Positions 1 to 10,016 of a stretch of DNA of 64,000 nucleotides are shown here, piece by piece. Each line of letters starts with the position of its first letter. Position 1 is the first letter of the stretch. Source of the stretch: Endomicrobiales bacterium (GTDB taxonomy: Bacteria > Elusimicrobiota > Endomicrobiia > Endomicrobiales > CAWCFT01); NCBI GenBank assembly GCA_963794945.1, contig CAWCFT010000016.1, positions 1 to 64,000 of the forward strand, given 5' to 3'. The translations under genes were made by a program, and so were the position numbers. The notes under the pieces were generated by a model. That model ran no database searches. It had not been told where the DNA came from and saw only the letters and a list, made by a program, of their open reading frames with translations.

Positions 1-735
1 GCCATAAAGTTCGCTCGTAATTCCGCGGTGTACTGGAATGTTCGCGGGATCGTTGCTGTCTAACAGATAAAGTTTGACTCTCCCCACCTGGGCCTGCCAA
101 GCGCGCAACCATACAGAGTAACCGGGCAAAGTGACCTCCAATCGCAGCCACTCACCGTTCGCCTGCCGCAAAGGAGTGATCGGCAGTTGCCCGGGATCGT
201 TATAAGGATAAATTGCCTCTTGTTCCCCATCCTTGTTTATCACCTGGCGAAAATAACCTTGCTGGTATAACAGACCTATCCCGACAACTGGCACACCAAG
301 ATCGCTGTAAGCTTTGAGCTGGTCGCCGGCTACGTTGCCAAGGCCGCCGGAGTATATGGGCAGGGCTTCGCTAAGCATAAATTCCATGCTGAAATATGCA
401 ACGTTGGTCAGCGAGCTCTGCAGATGATTCTTCTGGAACCATGCGGGCGCTTCAAGCGCCGCTCGCCTGGCCTGCACCAGGTCATTAACGTTCTTGCGAA
501 AACCGTGGTCGGACAATACGTGCTCTATCTGGCTTCGAGAAACGGTTTGAAGAACGACCCAGGGATTGTGCGTGAGTTCCCACAGCACGGGATCGAGCTG
601 CTGCCAGACATTGTCTGTAGCGTGGTTCCACGACCATCGTATATTAAGGGCAAGCTCGGACAAGGCATCAAACCCTTCGACATCTTCGGACAGGAGCTTG
701 TTGACAGGCTTGCTGACGGGCCTTTGTTCGCTCAT
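1..735 (-). CDS. glgP: Alpha-glucan (glycogen) phosphorylase, N-terminal part; runs off the left edge
   Basis: Not in the ORF track. Manual minus-strand translation from ATG 735 (AAGGAG RBS) gives MSEQRPVSK...LSELALNIRWSWNHA...VAYFSMEFMLSEALPIYSGGLGNVAGDQLK, the classic phosphorylase motifs. Confidence 0.92.
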   Translation of the reverse strand, partial: MSEQRPVSKPVNKLLSEDVEGFDALSELALNIRWSWNHATDNVWQQLDPVLWELTHNPWVVLQTVSRSQIEHVLSDHGFRKNVNDLVQARRAALEAPAWFQKNHLQSSLTNVAYFSMEFMLSEALPIYSGGLGNVAGDQLKAYSDLGVPVVGIGLLYQQGYFRQVINKDGEQEAIYPYNDPGQLPITPLRQANGEWLRLEVTLPGYSVWLRAWQAQVGRVKLYLLDSNDPANIPVHRGITSELYG

Positions 736-745
736 AGTTTCTCCT

Positions 746-2419
746 TCATTTTTGACTCATCACTGATTCCGGCGGGGATGCCGCTAAAGCATCGTTGACG
801 ATCGTCTGCGCTTCCGCGAGGATCTTTTTCAGATGATCCGCTCCCTTGAAACTCTCCGCGTAGATCTTGTATATAGCTTCCGTCCCTGACGGACGCGCCG
901 CGAACCATCCGCTTTCGGCAGTTACTTTCAAACCGCCGATAGGAGCTCCGTTACCCGGCGCTTTATTTATGACATTTTGGATTTTCTCACCCGCAAGCTC
1001 CGTGAGCTTAACCTGTTGGGGCGAAAGTTTAGACAACCGTTCTTTTTGCACAGGAGTGGCCGGCGCTTCCACGCGGTCATAAACAGGTTCACCGAACTCG
1101 CGCGTTAGTTCTCGGTATATCTCTCCGGGGTCGCGGCCCATTTTTGCCGTTATCTCAGCGGCCAGCAGAGCCGGAACTATACCGTCTTTATCCGTTGTCC
1201 AAACCGTGCCGTCCAAACGAACGAAAGACGCACCTGCGCTCTCTTCCCCGCCGAAACCGAGCGAACCGTCAAGCAGCCCGTCAGCGAACCACTTGAAACC
1301 GACCGGTACCTCGTAAAGTTTGCGTCCCAGCTTCGCTGTGACAAGATCTATCATCCGGCTGCTCACCACGGTCTTGCCGACCGCAGCTTCCTTGAGCCAT
1401 TTGGGCCGGTGCTGAAAAAGGTAGAAGATAGCAACTGAAAGATAGTGATTGGGTGCAAGCAGTCCAGTACTTTTAGTAACAATGCCATGCCGGTCGTGGT
1501 CAGTATCGCAGGCAAAGGCGATATCGAAGCGGTCTTTTAAACCTATCAACTTTTGCATAGCGTAAGGCGAGGACGGGTCCATCCGTATCTGTCCGTCCCA
1601 ATCCACCGTCATAAAACGAAAAGTCGGATCGACAACATCGTTTACGACCGTCAGGTTCAACCCGTAACGTTCGGCGATCGGCTTCCAGTAGTGAACGCCA
1701 GCGCCGCCGAGAGGATCCGCACCTATGCTTATCTTAGAGCCGCGGATTATGTTCATATCAATAACGTTGCCGAGATCGCTTATATATTCATTGAGGAAAT
1801 TATGCCGGTGCGTTGTACCAGAATGCATTGCCTTCTCGAAAGATATTCTTTTTACATCTTTAAGACCTCTCTCAAGCAATTCATTGGCAGTAGCCTCTAT
1901 CCAATCGGTAACATCGGTTTCGGCCGGCCCGCCGTTGGGAGGGTTGTACTTGAAACCTCCGTCATGGGGCGGATTATGCGAAGGAGTGATAACTATGCCG
2001 TCGGCAAGGCCTGTCTTGCGCCCGCGGTTGTAGGTGATAATGGCGTGAGAAATTACGGGGGTTGGAGTGTATTCTTCTTTATCCGCCATCATCACTTCCA
2101 CCCCGTTGGCCGCGAGCACTTCAAGCGCGCTGGCAAAAGCCGGCACGGACAGAGCGTGCGTATCCATTCCTATGAACAGGGGGCCGTCAATTTTCTGCTG
2201 ATTGCGGTACAGGCAAATGGCCTGAGTGATGGCGAGAATATGCCTTTCGTTAAACGATTTAATGAAGGATGAGCCGCGATGCCCTGAGGTGCCGAAGACA
2301 ACCCGTTGCGCCGGTACCGAAGGGTCGGGCAGTTCGGTATAATAGGCGGTAACAAGTTTTGACACGTCAACCAGCATTGAAAGTTCGGCAGGCTTTCCTG
2401 CAAAGGGGCTCACTTGCAT
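746..2419 (-). CDS. pgm: Phosphoglucomutase (alpha-D-glucose-1,6-bisphosphate dependent)
   Basis: [15 protein letters not shown] phosphoserine motif, DTDHDRHG metal loop, GEESAG. Start moved to MQVSPFAG (ATG 2419, GAGGT RBS). Confidence 0.95.
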   Translation of the reverse strand: MQVSPFAGKPAELSMLVDVSKLVTAYYTELPDPSVPAQRVVFGTSGHRGSSFIKSFNERHILAITQAICLYRNQQKIDGPLFIGMDTHALSVPAFASALEVLAANGVEVMMADKEEYTPTPVISHAIITYNRGRKTGLADGIVITPSHNPPHDGGFKYNPPNGGPAETDVTDWIEATANELLERGLKDVKRISFEKAMHSGTTHRHNFLNEYISDLGNVIDMNIIRGSKISIGADPLGGAGVHYWKPIAERYGLNLTVVNDVVDPTFRFMTVDWDGQIRMDPSSPYAMQKLIGLKDRFDIAFACDTDHDRHGIVTKSTGLLAPNHYLSVAIFYLFQHRPKWLKEAAVGKTVVSSRMIDLVTAKLGRKLYEVPVGFKWFADGLLDGSLGFGGEESAGASFVRLDGTVWTTDKDGIVPALLAAEITAKMGRDPGEIYRELTREFGEPVYDRVEAPATPVQKERLSKLSPQQVKLTELAGEKIQNVINKAPGNGAPIGGLKVTAESGWFAARPSGTEAIYKIYAESFKGADHLKKILAEAQTIVNDALAASPPESVMSQK

Positions 2420-2444
2420 GTCACTTACCTCATTGAAACCGGCT

Positions 2445-2837
2445 TCAGCGAAACATGGGGTACCGGGCATAGTGGCTGATACCGAAAAACAGTAATATAA
2501 TTATTAATATCCATAATATGCCGTTTTCTATCGCTTTGTTAGCCTCTGTAACAAGCTTTTCGTGTTCCGTTGCGCGCTTGCGGGAAATCCTTGGGCTTGC
2601 CGCCACGAGCAGCAAAGCGATCAAAATTCCCATAAATATAATAGGCAACCAGTTCGATCCGTGCCACAGAGGCCCGAAAGGCACTAGCCATACGCCGCCC
2701 GCCCACGAGAAAAGCGAGACCACCAAAAAAAACCACAAGAAGCTGTTCCATGGGCCCCTTGTGCTAAAAATAAGAGAAACCAACCAAACAATAAAGAACC
2801 CAAATGCCAGAGCAACAAATAGATCAGCTACAAACAT
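2445..2837 (-). CDS. Small integral membrane protein (about 4 TM helices), unknown function
   Basis: 130-aa hydrophobic ORF with AGGAG RBS, tightly packed between tal and pgm. Confidence 0.75.
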   Translation of the reverse strand: MFVADLFVALAFGFFIVWLVSLIFSTRGPWNSFLWFFLVVSLFSWAGGVWLVPFGPLWHGSNWLPIIFMGILIALLLVAASPRISRKRATEHEKLVTEANKAIENGILWILIIILLFFGISHYARYPMFR

Positions 2838-2850
2838 GAGTTTCTCCTTT

Positions 2851-3975
2851 CTATTTTAAGCCTAGTGACTTTTTTGTTAATGTCTCCATAAGCTTATCGA
2901 ATGGCTCGTCAAATTTTTTGATGCCCTCATCTTCAAGCTGCCGGGTCACATTGTCAATACTGATTCCGAGTTCCGGTAAATGCGATATTATCCAGTCTGC
3001 TTGTTTGATATTTTGGTCAAGGCTTGACTTGGGGTTGCCGTGGTCACGATAGGCGTCGATGGTTTTAAGAGGGACTGTATTTACGGTATCCGGGCCGATT
3101 ATTGGTTCAATGTATTTTACATCGCTGTAGTCTGGATTCTTTGTGCCTGTGCTGGCCCAGAGCAGGCGCTGCGTGTGGGCGCCCTTATCAGCCAGTTTCT
3201 TGAACCTGTCACTACTGAATATTTCTTTATATATCTGGTAAGCCGCCTTAGCGCTAGCTATAGCCACTTGTCCACATACCTTCTTCGCGATTTCCGACTT
3301 TTCGTTTTCCGGAACTATAAATTTTTCCACGAGCGGGTCCACCAGTGTGTCAATACGGCTTAAAAAGAAACTGGCTACGGAAGCTATATGACTCACCGGT
3401 TTGCCTTGGGCCGCGCGCGCTTCAAGGCCCGCGATATAGGCCTCAGCAACCTCGCCATAACGAGGCAGCCCAAAGAGCAGTGTAACATTGATGTTGATCC
3501 CTTCGCTGATGAGCTGCTTTATGGCTGGCAGGCCTTCCACCGTAGCAGGGACTTTGATGAATACGTTTGGTCTGTCGAGCGCCGCCCATAACCGGCGGGC
3601 TTCTTCAATAGTGCCTTTGGTGTCTCGCGCCAGATGCGGGTTGACTTCCAGGCTGACATAACCATCAGCGCCGTCAGTCTTATCGTATACGGTCTTGAAC
3701 TCGTCAGCCGCGTTCTGCACATCGCGCTGACTGAGAGCTTCATAGATCGTTTTAACATTCTTTTTCTTGAGGGCCATATCGTGAATGTCCTGGTCGTACA
3801 GGCTGCTTTCCGCTATCGCTTTCTCAAAGATGGACGGGTTCGATGTCATCCCGCTCAGGCCATCCTCTTCTATCAAACGCCGGAGTTCACCGCTTGAAAT
3901 CAGGTCGCGACGTATGTAATCGAGCCAGATCGACTGCCCGAAGACTTCCAATTTTTTTAAAGGGTTCTCATTCAT
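2851..3975 (-). CDS. tal: Transaldolase (long type)
   Basis: GQSIWLDYI, GMTSNPSIF, VSLEVNP, FIKVPAT, NVTLLF, SFFLSRID, RLLWASTGTKNP. Confidence 0.95.
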   Translation of the reverse strand: MNENPLKKLEVFGQSIWLDYIRRDLISSGELRRLIEEDGLSGMTSNPSIFEKAIAESSLYDQDIHDMALKKKNVKTIYEALSQRDVQNAADEFKTVYDKTDGADGYVSLEVNPHLARDTKGTIEEARRLWAALDRPNVFIKVPATVEGLPAIKQLISEGININVTLLFGLPRYGEVAEAYIAGLEARAAQGKPVSHIASVASFFLSRIDTLVDPLVEKFIVPENEKSEIAKKVCGQVAIASAKAAYQIYKEIFSSDRFKKLADKGAHTQRLLWASTGTKNPDYSDVKYIEPIIGPDTVNTVPLKTIDAYRDHGNPKSSLDQNIKQADWIISHLPELGISIDNVTRQLEDEGIKKFDEPFDKLMETLTKKSLGLK

Positions 3976-4238
3976 TATTTTGCTCCATTTTCCCGGGAAC
4001 AGAGTTTATTATATAACCAGGCGAAAATTGCGCCGCAAATTAAACCATCGAAAAAACCCCAGACCAGGCCTACCAGACTGCCTATAGGAGTAATGCTGTA
4101 CCCTATGTAAGCGCTGCTTATAAGCGTCGGCGCTCCCGACGCTTTCCCGATGAGTATCATCCACCAGGTACCGAAAAACAAACCGAAACCCCAGAGAATC
4201 CCAAATGTCAGCTCGAAAGCCTTTGCGTTAAGTTTCAT
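3975..4238 (-). CDS. Small two-TM membrane protein
   Basis: 87 aa, Gly-rich helices (GSLVGLVWGFFDG), AGGAGG RBS, overlaps the tal start. Confidence 0.75.
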   Translation of the reverse strand: MKLNAKAFELTFGILWGFGLFFGTWWMILIGKASGAPTLISSAYIGYSITPIGSLVGLVWGFFDGLICGAIFAWLYNKLCSRENGAK

Positions 4239-4256
4239 ACCATATCCTCCTTTTTT

Positions 4257-4700
4257 TTATTCAAGTGCCGCTACTTTCCTTAGGCGTCGTTGGAAACGTT
4301 TGGCGCTGTGGTATTTTGCTTTAAGAAATGTTTCGACTAATTCCCAGGCAAGAGAAAAGCCGACCACGCGGCCGCCAAGGCAGATCATGTTCATGTCGTC
4401 GTCTTCGACTCCCTGGTGCGCTGAAAATGTTTCATGGATCAGGCACGCCCGCACACCCGGAATTTTATTGGCCGCGACACAAGCCCCGACCCCGCTTCCG
4501 CAAATGGCCAGGCCCCGGGTAACCTCACCCTTCGCCACAGCCCTTGCCAGAGGCGCCACAAAATCAGGGTAGTCATCTCCCGTAACCAACTTTTTGGCGC
4601 CGAAGTCTACCACTTTATAACCGGCGGCCTTGAGCGCCGCGCTCAGCTGCACTTTCAACTCAAATCCGCCATGGTCTGCTGCTATGCCAACGCGCATCAT
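4257..4700 (-). CDS. rpiB: Ribose-5-phosphate isomerase B (RpiB/LacA/LacB family), copy 1
   Basis: IAADHGG, DDYPD, ICGSGVG, ANKIPGVRA. Start at MMRVG (ATG 4700). Confidence 0.92.
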   Translation of the reverse strand: MMRVGIAADHGGFELKVQLSAALKAAGYKVVDFGAKKLVTGDDYPDFVAPLARAVAKGEVTRGLAICGSGVGACVAANKIPGVRACLIHETFSAHQGVEDDDMNMICLGGRVVGFSLAWELVETFLKAKYHSAKRFQRRLRKVAALE

Positions 4701-4758
4701 TTCACATACCCTCCACAACACAATGTTTGCACTATATGGAAAATTCATTAGGCGTATA

Positions 4759-5343
4759 TTAGAAACCTATGCCAACCCCTATGTTAAGCATTGAAATATT
4801 ATCACCGGCGTTAAATATAATGTTGTACCTTACATTTGGTTCAATTTCGATCCTGGTGCTTGTTTTAATAATCATGCCGACGCCAAATCCTATGCCAAAA
4901 CGCATATTACTTTCAGTTGAAGAAACTCCAAACGTTTCAACAGTTGAACCAAGGAAATTCAAGCCCGCGGCGCCTTTTAAAAATATTGCGTGGTTCGCTT
5001 TTTTGTCTGATATGTAGTACCTGACAACACCCTGCAAAGGAATGTTTCTAACTGTTGCCTTAGCCTTACCGAAAACAGCATCATAATCGTAACTGTATAT
5101 GGGTTCATACCCCGCTTCAGCTCCGTACTCTATATTGTCTTTCGAAGGAATGAACGCTTGCGCAATTATTCCGATCCCGCCCTTTACTGTCCCTGGCTGA
5201 TCGTTAAGGGTTGGATTCATCAATATTCCATAGCTGACCTGGGCTTTCCACATCAATTTTCCTAACGGATTCGCGGGTGCATCAGAAGCGTATGCTATGT
5301 TTGCGACACAAAGCATTACTGCTAATAGCAATAGTTTCTTCAT
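4759..5343 (-). CDS. Outer-membrane beta-barrel protein (8-stranded OMP-like)
   Basis: Signal peptide MKKLLLLAVMLCVANIAYA, amphipathic strands, C-terminal NIGVGIGF beta-signal. Confidence 0.8.
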   Translation of the reverse strand: MKKLLLLAVMLCVANIAYASDAPANPLGKLMWKAQVSYGILMNPTLNDQPGTVKGGIGIIAQAFIPSKDNIEYGAEAGYEPIYSYDYDAVFGKAKATVRNIPLQGVVRYYISDKKANHAIFLKGAAGLNFLGSTVETFGVSSTESNMRFGIGFGVGMIIKTSTRIEIEPNVRYNIIFNAGDNISMLNIGVGIGF

Positions 5344-5623
5344 TGTTGTCCCCTTTTCCTGACTGCACCAGTTCAACTCCATCAAGATGCTCCATGCCGT
5401 CATTTCAACACACTCCTGGTGCAGGGCAAACTCTGGCTTTATATTGCATTATATGGAAAACTCAGAAAATGGACAATTATACCTGGGTATAATAACCGTC
5501 TAATCCTTCAAAAAGGCTGGTATTTTCCACACAATATTTACATTGTAGCTTGTTTATCATAAACAAACGGTAGTTCATTTCATATTTTCACTGACTAAAG
5601 GTATGCTCCTTTTTTTAAAGTTA

Positions 5624-5663
5624 AAACAGGCCCTTCAGCTGTGCAATGCTGAAAGGCCTGTTT
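5624..5663 (-). terminator. Intrinsic terminator-like hairpin
   Basis: AAACAGGCCCTTCAGC...GCTGAAAGGCCTGTTT stem followed by T's on the minus strand, downstream of the 5801..6508 gene. Confidence 0.55.
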
Positions 5664-5800
5664 AATACCTTAGTGTTACAATTCCGGCTCTTTTATCTTC
5701 CCTTCCTTCCGGAACGAATAAATGAATCAAGATAATTACGAGATTATTGCCCACACAATTATTGTGTGGCAATAATCACAATAATCTTAAGAAATGCGTC

Positions 5801-6508
5801 TTACGGCATCGCTTTTAATAGCTCTATATCCTTTGGCATCTGGCTGTGAAACTCAAACAGATATTCGAGAATCACGTTGCCATTCCATTTACTGTCAATC
5901 AGATACCGCACGATATCTTTACAAAAATCGTCTATTGGCATATGCTGTTTTGCGCCTTCCCTGGACGACAGATGAATATTCAAAATACGATCTTTATAAC
6001 CTTTGAGCAAACTCCAGACTTTTTCATCCTCATGTATATGCGATATATCCAAAGTCATCGGCAGATTCAATGATACCGTTTCGTCTGGGGTAAATATCCT
6101 TCTCTTACCTTCAAATGTCTCAATACAAAAAACTATTTCATCCTTAAATAACCCAGCGAGGTATTCCAAATTGCTCAGAGCCTTTTTCTGAACGATATCA
6201 CTTTTGTTGGCATTGTTTGGATGAACCGTGATAGTCGTTGCTCCTAATCCTTTCGCAAACTCGGCAATCTCCTTGCCCCAAACCCTGAAGCCCTCATCCG
6301 AAATAGGTGCTTGTACAGCATGAACGCTTAATACGTCCGTGCCAAATGCTCTTATCTTTTCCGAAATCTCGCCTAAATGCACTCTAACCGGCTCATAAAT
6401 ATCCCAGTAGTACGGCAAGGCCACTTCCACTGGAGTGGCTGTGTTCGCATACCTTTCCTCAATCTGCTCAATCTTGTCAAATGACTGTCTTAGTCCGAAT
6501 CTTATCAT
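5801..6508 (-). CDS. Sugar phosphate isomerase/epimerase-like TIM barrel (xylose isomerase/AP-endonuclease-2 fold)
   Basis: SVHA, TVHP, CIET, TLDISH, NIHLS, HMP, ILEY match the metal-ligand pattern of this family. Confidence 0.75.
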   Translation of the reverse strand: MIRFGLRQSFDKIEQIEERYANTATPVEVALPYYWDIYEPVRVHLGEISEKIRAFGTDVLSVHAVQAPISDEGFRVWGKEIAEFAKGLGATTITVHPNNANKSDIVQKKALSNLEYLAGLFKDEIVFCIETFEGKRRIFTPDETVSLNLPMTLDISHIHEDEKVWSLLKGYKDRILNIHLSSREGAKQHMPIDDFCKDIVRYLIDSKWNGNVILEYLFEFHSQMPKDIELLKAMP

Positions 6509-6574
6509 TCTGTATCCTTTGAATGTCCATGCTCTATATTTGCAGAGACAAGTAATTCTTTCTCTTTAGAAAAA

Positions 6575-7706
6575 CTACCAAACTATTTCATACTTTACAC
6601 TTCTGCCTTTCCCTGCAACATGACGGATGACTCCCTTTTCCAGCATATCGTTGATCTCTCGGAATGCCGTAGCCCTGCTGGTTTTTGTCATACCAACATA
6701 CTTTCTGGTTGTCAGGTCGCCGGCAAAACCTCCGGGGCCAGCTTCGAGCAGTTTAGTCAGCGCCTTTCTTTGTCTTTCATTCAGCTGTGTATGGGTATGT
6801 TTTTTCCAGAATTCGGCCCTCTTGAAGACCTGAGAGATTATACTCTGCGAGTTCTCTATGGCGTCCCTGACGCATTGCAGGTACCATAGAAACCATTCAG
6901 TTACATCCGCCTTGCCGTTCTGCACGTTTTCGAGGACTTTATAGTAATCCTCCCTCGTCTTCATTATCTGCGAAGAAATGCTGTAAAACCTAACCTTAAG
7001 GCGCTCATCCTGGGCAAGAGCCATGTCAGCCAAGGCCCTGGCTATTCTTCCATTGCCGTCTTCATAAGGGTGTATCGTTATAAAACGCAGGTGTGCCGCC
7101 GAGGAACGCAATATGCCGTCCATTTTTCCAAGCGAGCCGTTCCACCACTCTATGAAAAGCTGGAGTTCTTTCTTTGCCTGTTCTTTTGGCGGCGCCTCAA
7201 AATGCACTTTTTCCCTGCCCATAGGCCCGGAAACCACCTGCATAGGCTCGTTTCCGCGCATTTGGCCGGCTTTTATCTTTTTTAGGCCCGAATACCCTGT
7301 AGGAAACAATGCCGCCAGCCAACCGTTAAGCCGGGCTATTGTCAGAGCTTTTTCATTATTACGTATCGCATCCAGCAGAGACCTCAACCAAACCATCCGC
7401 ATTCCTGTCCTTTACAACAACCCCGTGGGGCAGGCCGAGCCGGACTGCAACCGATGAACGAACCGCATCCCTGTTTAAGGCCATCCCTTCTATTTCCGCT
7501 GTCCTGACCGCCTCTTCAACAAGCACTTCGGCCTGCGCCTGGACTTCCTGCTTTATGTCCAGCAGAGATATTTTACCAAGCAGATTGCCCTGAGCCTTTC
7601 TTACATCGGCTAATGGGCCGATTAAAGCCCCTGAATCGGGACTGAAATCAAACCAGCCTGGTTTTTCCCAGATATATTTAGGCACTATAGACCTCCCGCT
7701 TTTCAT
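6575..7706 (-). CDS. Fic family protein with N-terminal DUF4172-like region and C-terminal wHTH; one frameshift near 7380
   Basis: Joins ORFs 7359..7706 (YIWEKPGW...TAEIEG) and 6575..7402. The Fic motif HPYEDGNGRIAR is intact. Confidence 0.88.
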
Positions 7707-7955
7707 GAAGCGTTAATCGCTTCATATTATGACACAATTATATAACATAATCGCTTCAATTACAAGCCCCCCAAATAAAAAATAATGGACAATAAATGCG
7801 GCTGTCCATTATTATTCCAACATATTGCCTATTATTTTAAACCAACACTTTTAGGGGTTTTTTGTCAAAGCAAGTGGGCATTATTTGTTTACAGCAGATA
7901 CTTAGCAGAAATTTATCCGTCGAAGTGTCTATTATTCCGTCAATGTGCCTGTCCT

Positions 7956-7993
7956 TTAAGAGTCGCCTGCTCTACCAATTGAGCTAGCGGTGC
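7956..7993 (-). tRNA. 5' half only of tRNA-Lys(CTT) (acceptor 5' strand, D arm, anticodon loop)
   Basis: Minus strand reads GCACCGC TA GCTC AATTGGTA GAGC A GGCGA CT CTT AA, then AGGAC instead of the required TCGCC. No T arm follows. Confidence 0.8.
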
Positions 7994-8056
7994 ATGAATA
8001 CTATAATAAATGACCTATAATCTGTATGAAATCCTAAACACCTATTCGCATTAGGA

Positions 8057-8104
8057 CAATTGTCCGCCGGAGGCGGATCCGCCTTGGGCGGAAGCTAGCG
8101 GTGC
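8057..8104 (-). repeat. Second tRNA-Lys 5' fragment split by two tandem 15-bp hairpins
   Basis: CAATTG + TCCGCCGGAGGCGGA + TCCGCCTTGGGCGGA + AGCTAGCGGTGC. Removing 8063..8092 restores CAATTGAGCTAGCGGTGC, identical to 7976..7993. Confidence 0.75.
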
Positions 8105-8372
8105 TTTGTTGTTACAAATATAGCTGTCTGCGATAGACTAAAAAAGCAAGCCGTTTTGTCATCTCATTTAGATGGCCAAATAGCTGCTGAAAACGTATTA
8201 TACAAAACTAATTGCTAATATTCAAATCCTAAAAGCAATTTTTAATAGGCGTGATAATCCTGCTGGCGCTATTCAATGGCAATCTATTGTCAACTGGGCT
8301 TTGTGCCGGTGAGCTGAAAAGGTTGTCTACTTGGCAGGTTTGCTCTTTGAAATTAAAGATCATGCCCACAGA

Positions 8373-9925
8373 TCAAACTATATAGGCGTCGACCTTTGTA
8401 GGTTTCTTATGGGTTATTACCCCGTCTTTTATCATCTGACGGGCCAATTTTATTATAGCCTGGCGCGAATCCTGTATCTGTTTTTCAGGGAATTTTGGCG
8501 ACAACTCTATCTTTTCTTTTAGCATCTTCCGCCCGTCTTCGGTACGTGTTTGAAGTATCTTGTCCATAAACTGGCCGGGCATACCCTGCGCCGCGATCAC
8601 CAGCTGGTCGTTCGATACTTCGCGCAGCAAGTGCCGCAAGTCCTTGTCCTCAAGATACCCTATATGCTCGAACAGGAACATACTGTCTTTTAGCTCTTTG
8701 GCAAGGTCCTGGTTCCTTTCTCCTATCTCATCAAGCAGTTTTTCCCGCGCCGCGTCATCAACAATGTCCAGCATGCCCATCAGCATCTCCGGGCCAAACA
8801 ATACGTAATCTATTTTTTTCTTGACGACATTTTCCCATTCGATAACTTTTTCCGGTTCCATATCGAACGTCTTGGTCAGCAGGTGGAGCACTTCATCCTT
8901 TTTCTCCGGGACCAGCGCTGAAAGGATAAGATGCGACTCCAATGGATCGAGATACGATATCGTAATAGCTATCTTCTCAGCGTCTTCGTTCCGTATCAGC
9001 CAGGCGAGCCGCGCCATGTTGTTCTCGTTAACAAACCCAAAATGCCGCGCCTCGATCTGTTCCTGTGTCTTTCCACCAGCCAGCAAACCCTCGTTAGCCT
9101 GCGGCAACCCCTTGCCGCCACCGCCAGTCTGCCCGTCTCCCAGCTCCGGCTTAATGGTCAGCTTGCCGTCAATCACGCTGCGGTTGACCTCTTCTTTAAT
9201 ATTAATTTTTCTGGCAGACACCATAGCGGCGAAATCTCCGGCCATCATCCTCAAAACATTGTAAAGAAGCAGCACTCCCAGCAGTACAACTGTCGTGTGG
9301 ACCACGAATTTCGCCGCGTCCATTATAAGTTCAGGCTTATGGAACTGCTCCATAAAGCCAGGTGGAGGAGGGAACGGTATCTTTCGTATCTCTATGCTGT
9401 CGCCTCTTCCCTTATCCATGCTCAAAACGCTCGCTACCAGGCTTGGCAGTTCGCCTATATGTTCGTCCTTTACCCGGTTGTCAACGAACATCTGTACGTC
9501 TATTTTTTTTATAACGGTCTGGGGCAGCTCAAAACTCTGTTCGGATGTGTGTTCATATTTGCCCGGCATTTGCCCGGCGCGCCGCTGCCCTCATTAACCG
9601 GAAATCCGGGCAGCATGTACTGCTGATTCTTTTTATCTTCCTGCCAAACCACAGCCGAGTTTGTAGTTGTTTGCTTGCCGCCGTCTATGCTGTACACATC
9701 CTTGGCCTTCTGTGACTGCACTGTATCAAGGTAAACATGCACGAACGAAACCACAGCTCCTTTGCCGATAATATTCTCGACAACGCTTGTCGCTTGCGAA
9801 GCGTACCACTGTTCCAGTTTCATCTTGTCATCAACGCTGTACCCACAGCCCACCCTGACAAAAACAGACAGAATAGCGGCGCTTAACGCGGTTGATGACA
9901 AAATATTTCTTTTTTTTATTTCCAA
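8373..9925 (-). CDS. FliF-like ring domain / TM / FliG middle and C-terminal domain fusion protein (about 517 aa); one frameshift near 9575
   Basis: Joins 9509..9925 and 8373..9569. Hydrophobic leader; VENIIGKGAVVSFVHVYLD...IKKIDVQMFVD...LVASVLSMDKGRGDSIEIRKIPF (FliF C-terminal ring motif); TM helix; LIRNEDAEKIAITISYL (FliG-M); MFLFEHI...LLREV...QAIIKLARQMIKDG (FliG-C). Confidence 0.8.
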
Positions 9926-10016
9926 CTGTTCCTCTTTAAAATCCTTATTATTGTCAATTTTGTTCCGGTATCATTTTAGCATTTATTTACGCTTATGCTC
10001 CTTGTCAGCGAATATT

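Noticed and set aside
3975..4238. Holin-like small membrane protein as a sign of a prophage
   Set aside because: No endolysin or other phage genes; it is embedded in a sugar-metabolism operon.
5742..5775. AT-rich inverted repeat TTATTGCC CACACAAT T ATTGTGTG GCAATAA
   Set aside because: Single copy just after a stop codon; probably a terminator or stability hairpin with nothing further to support a special role.
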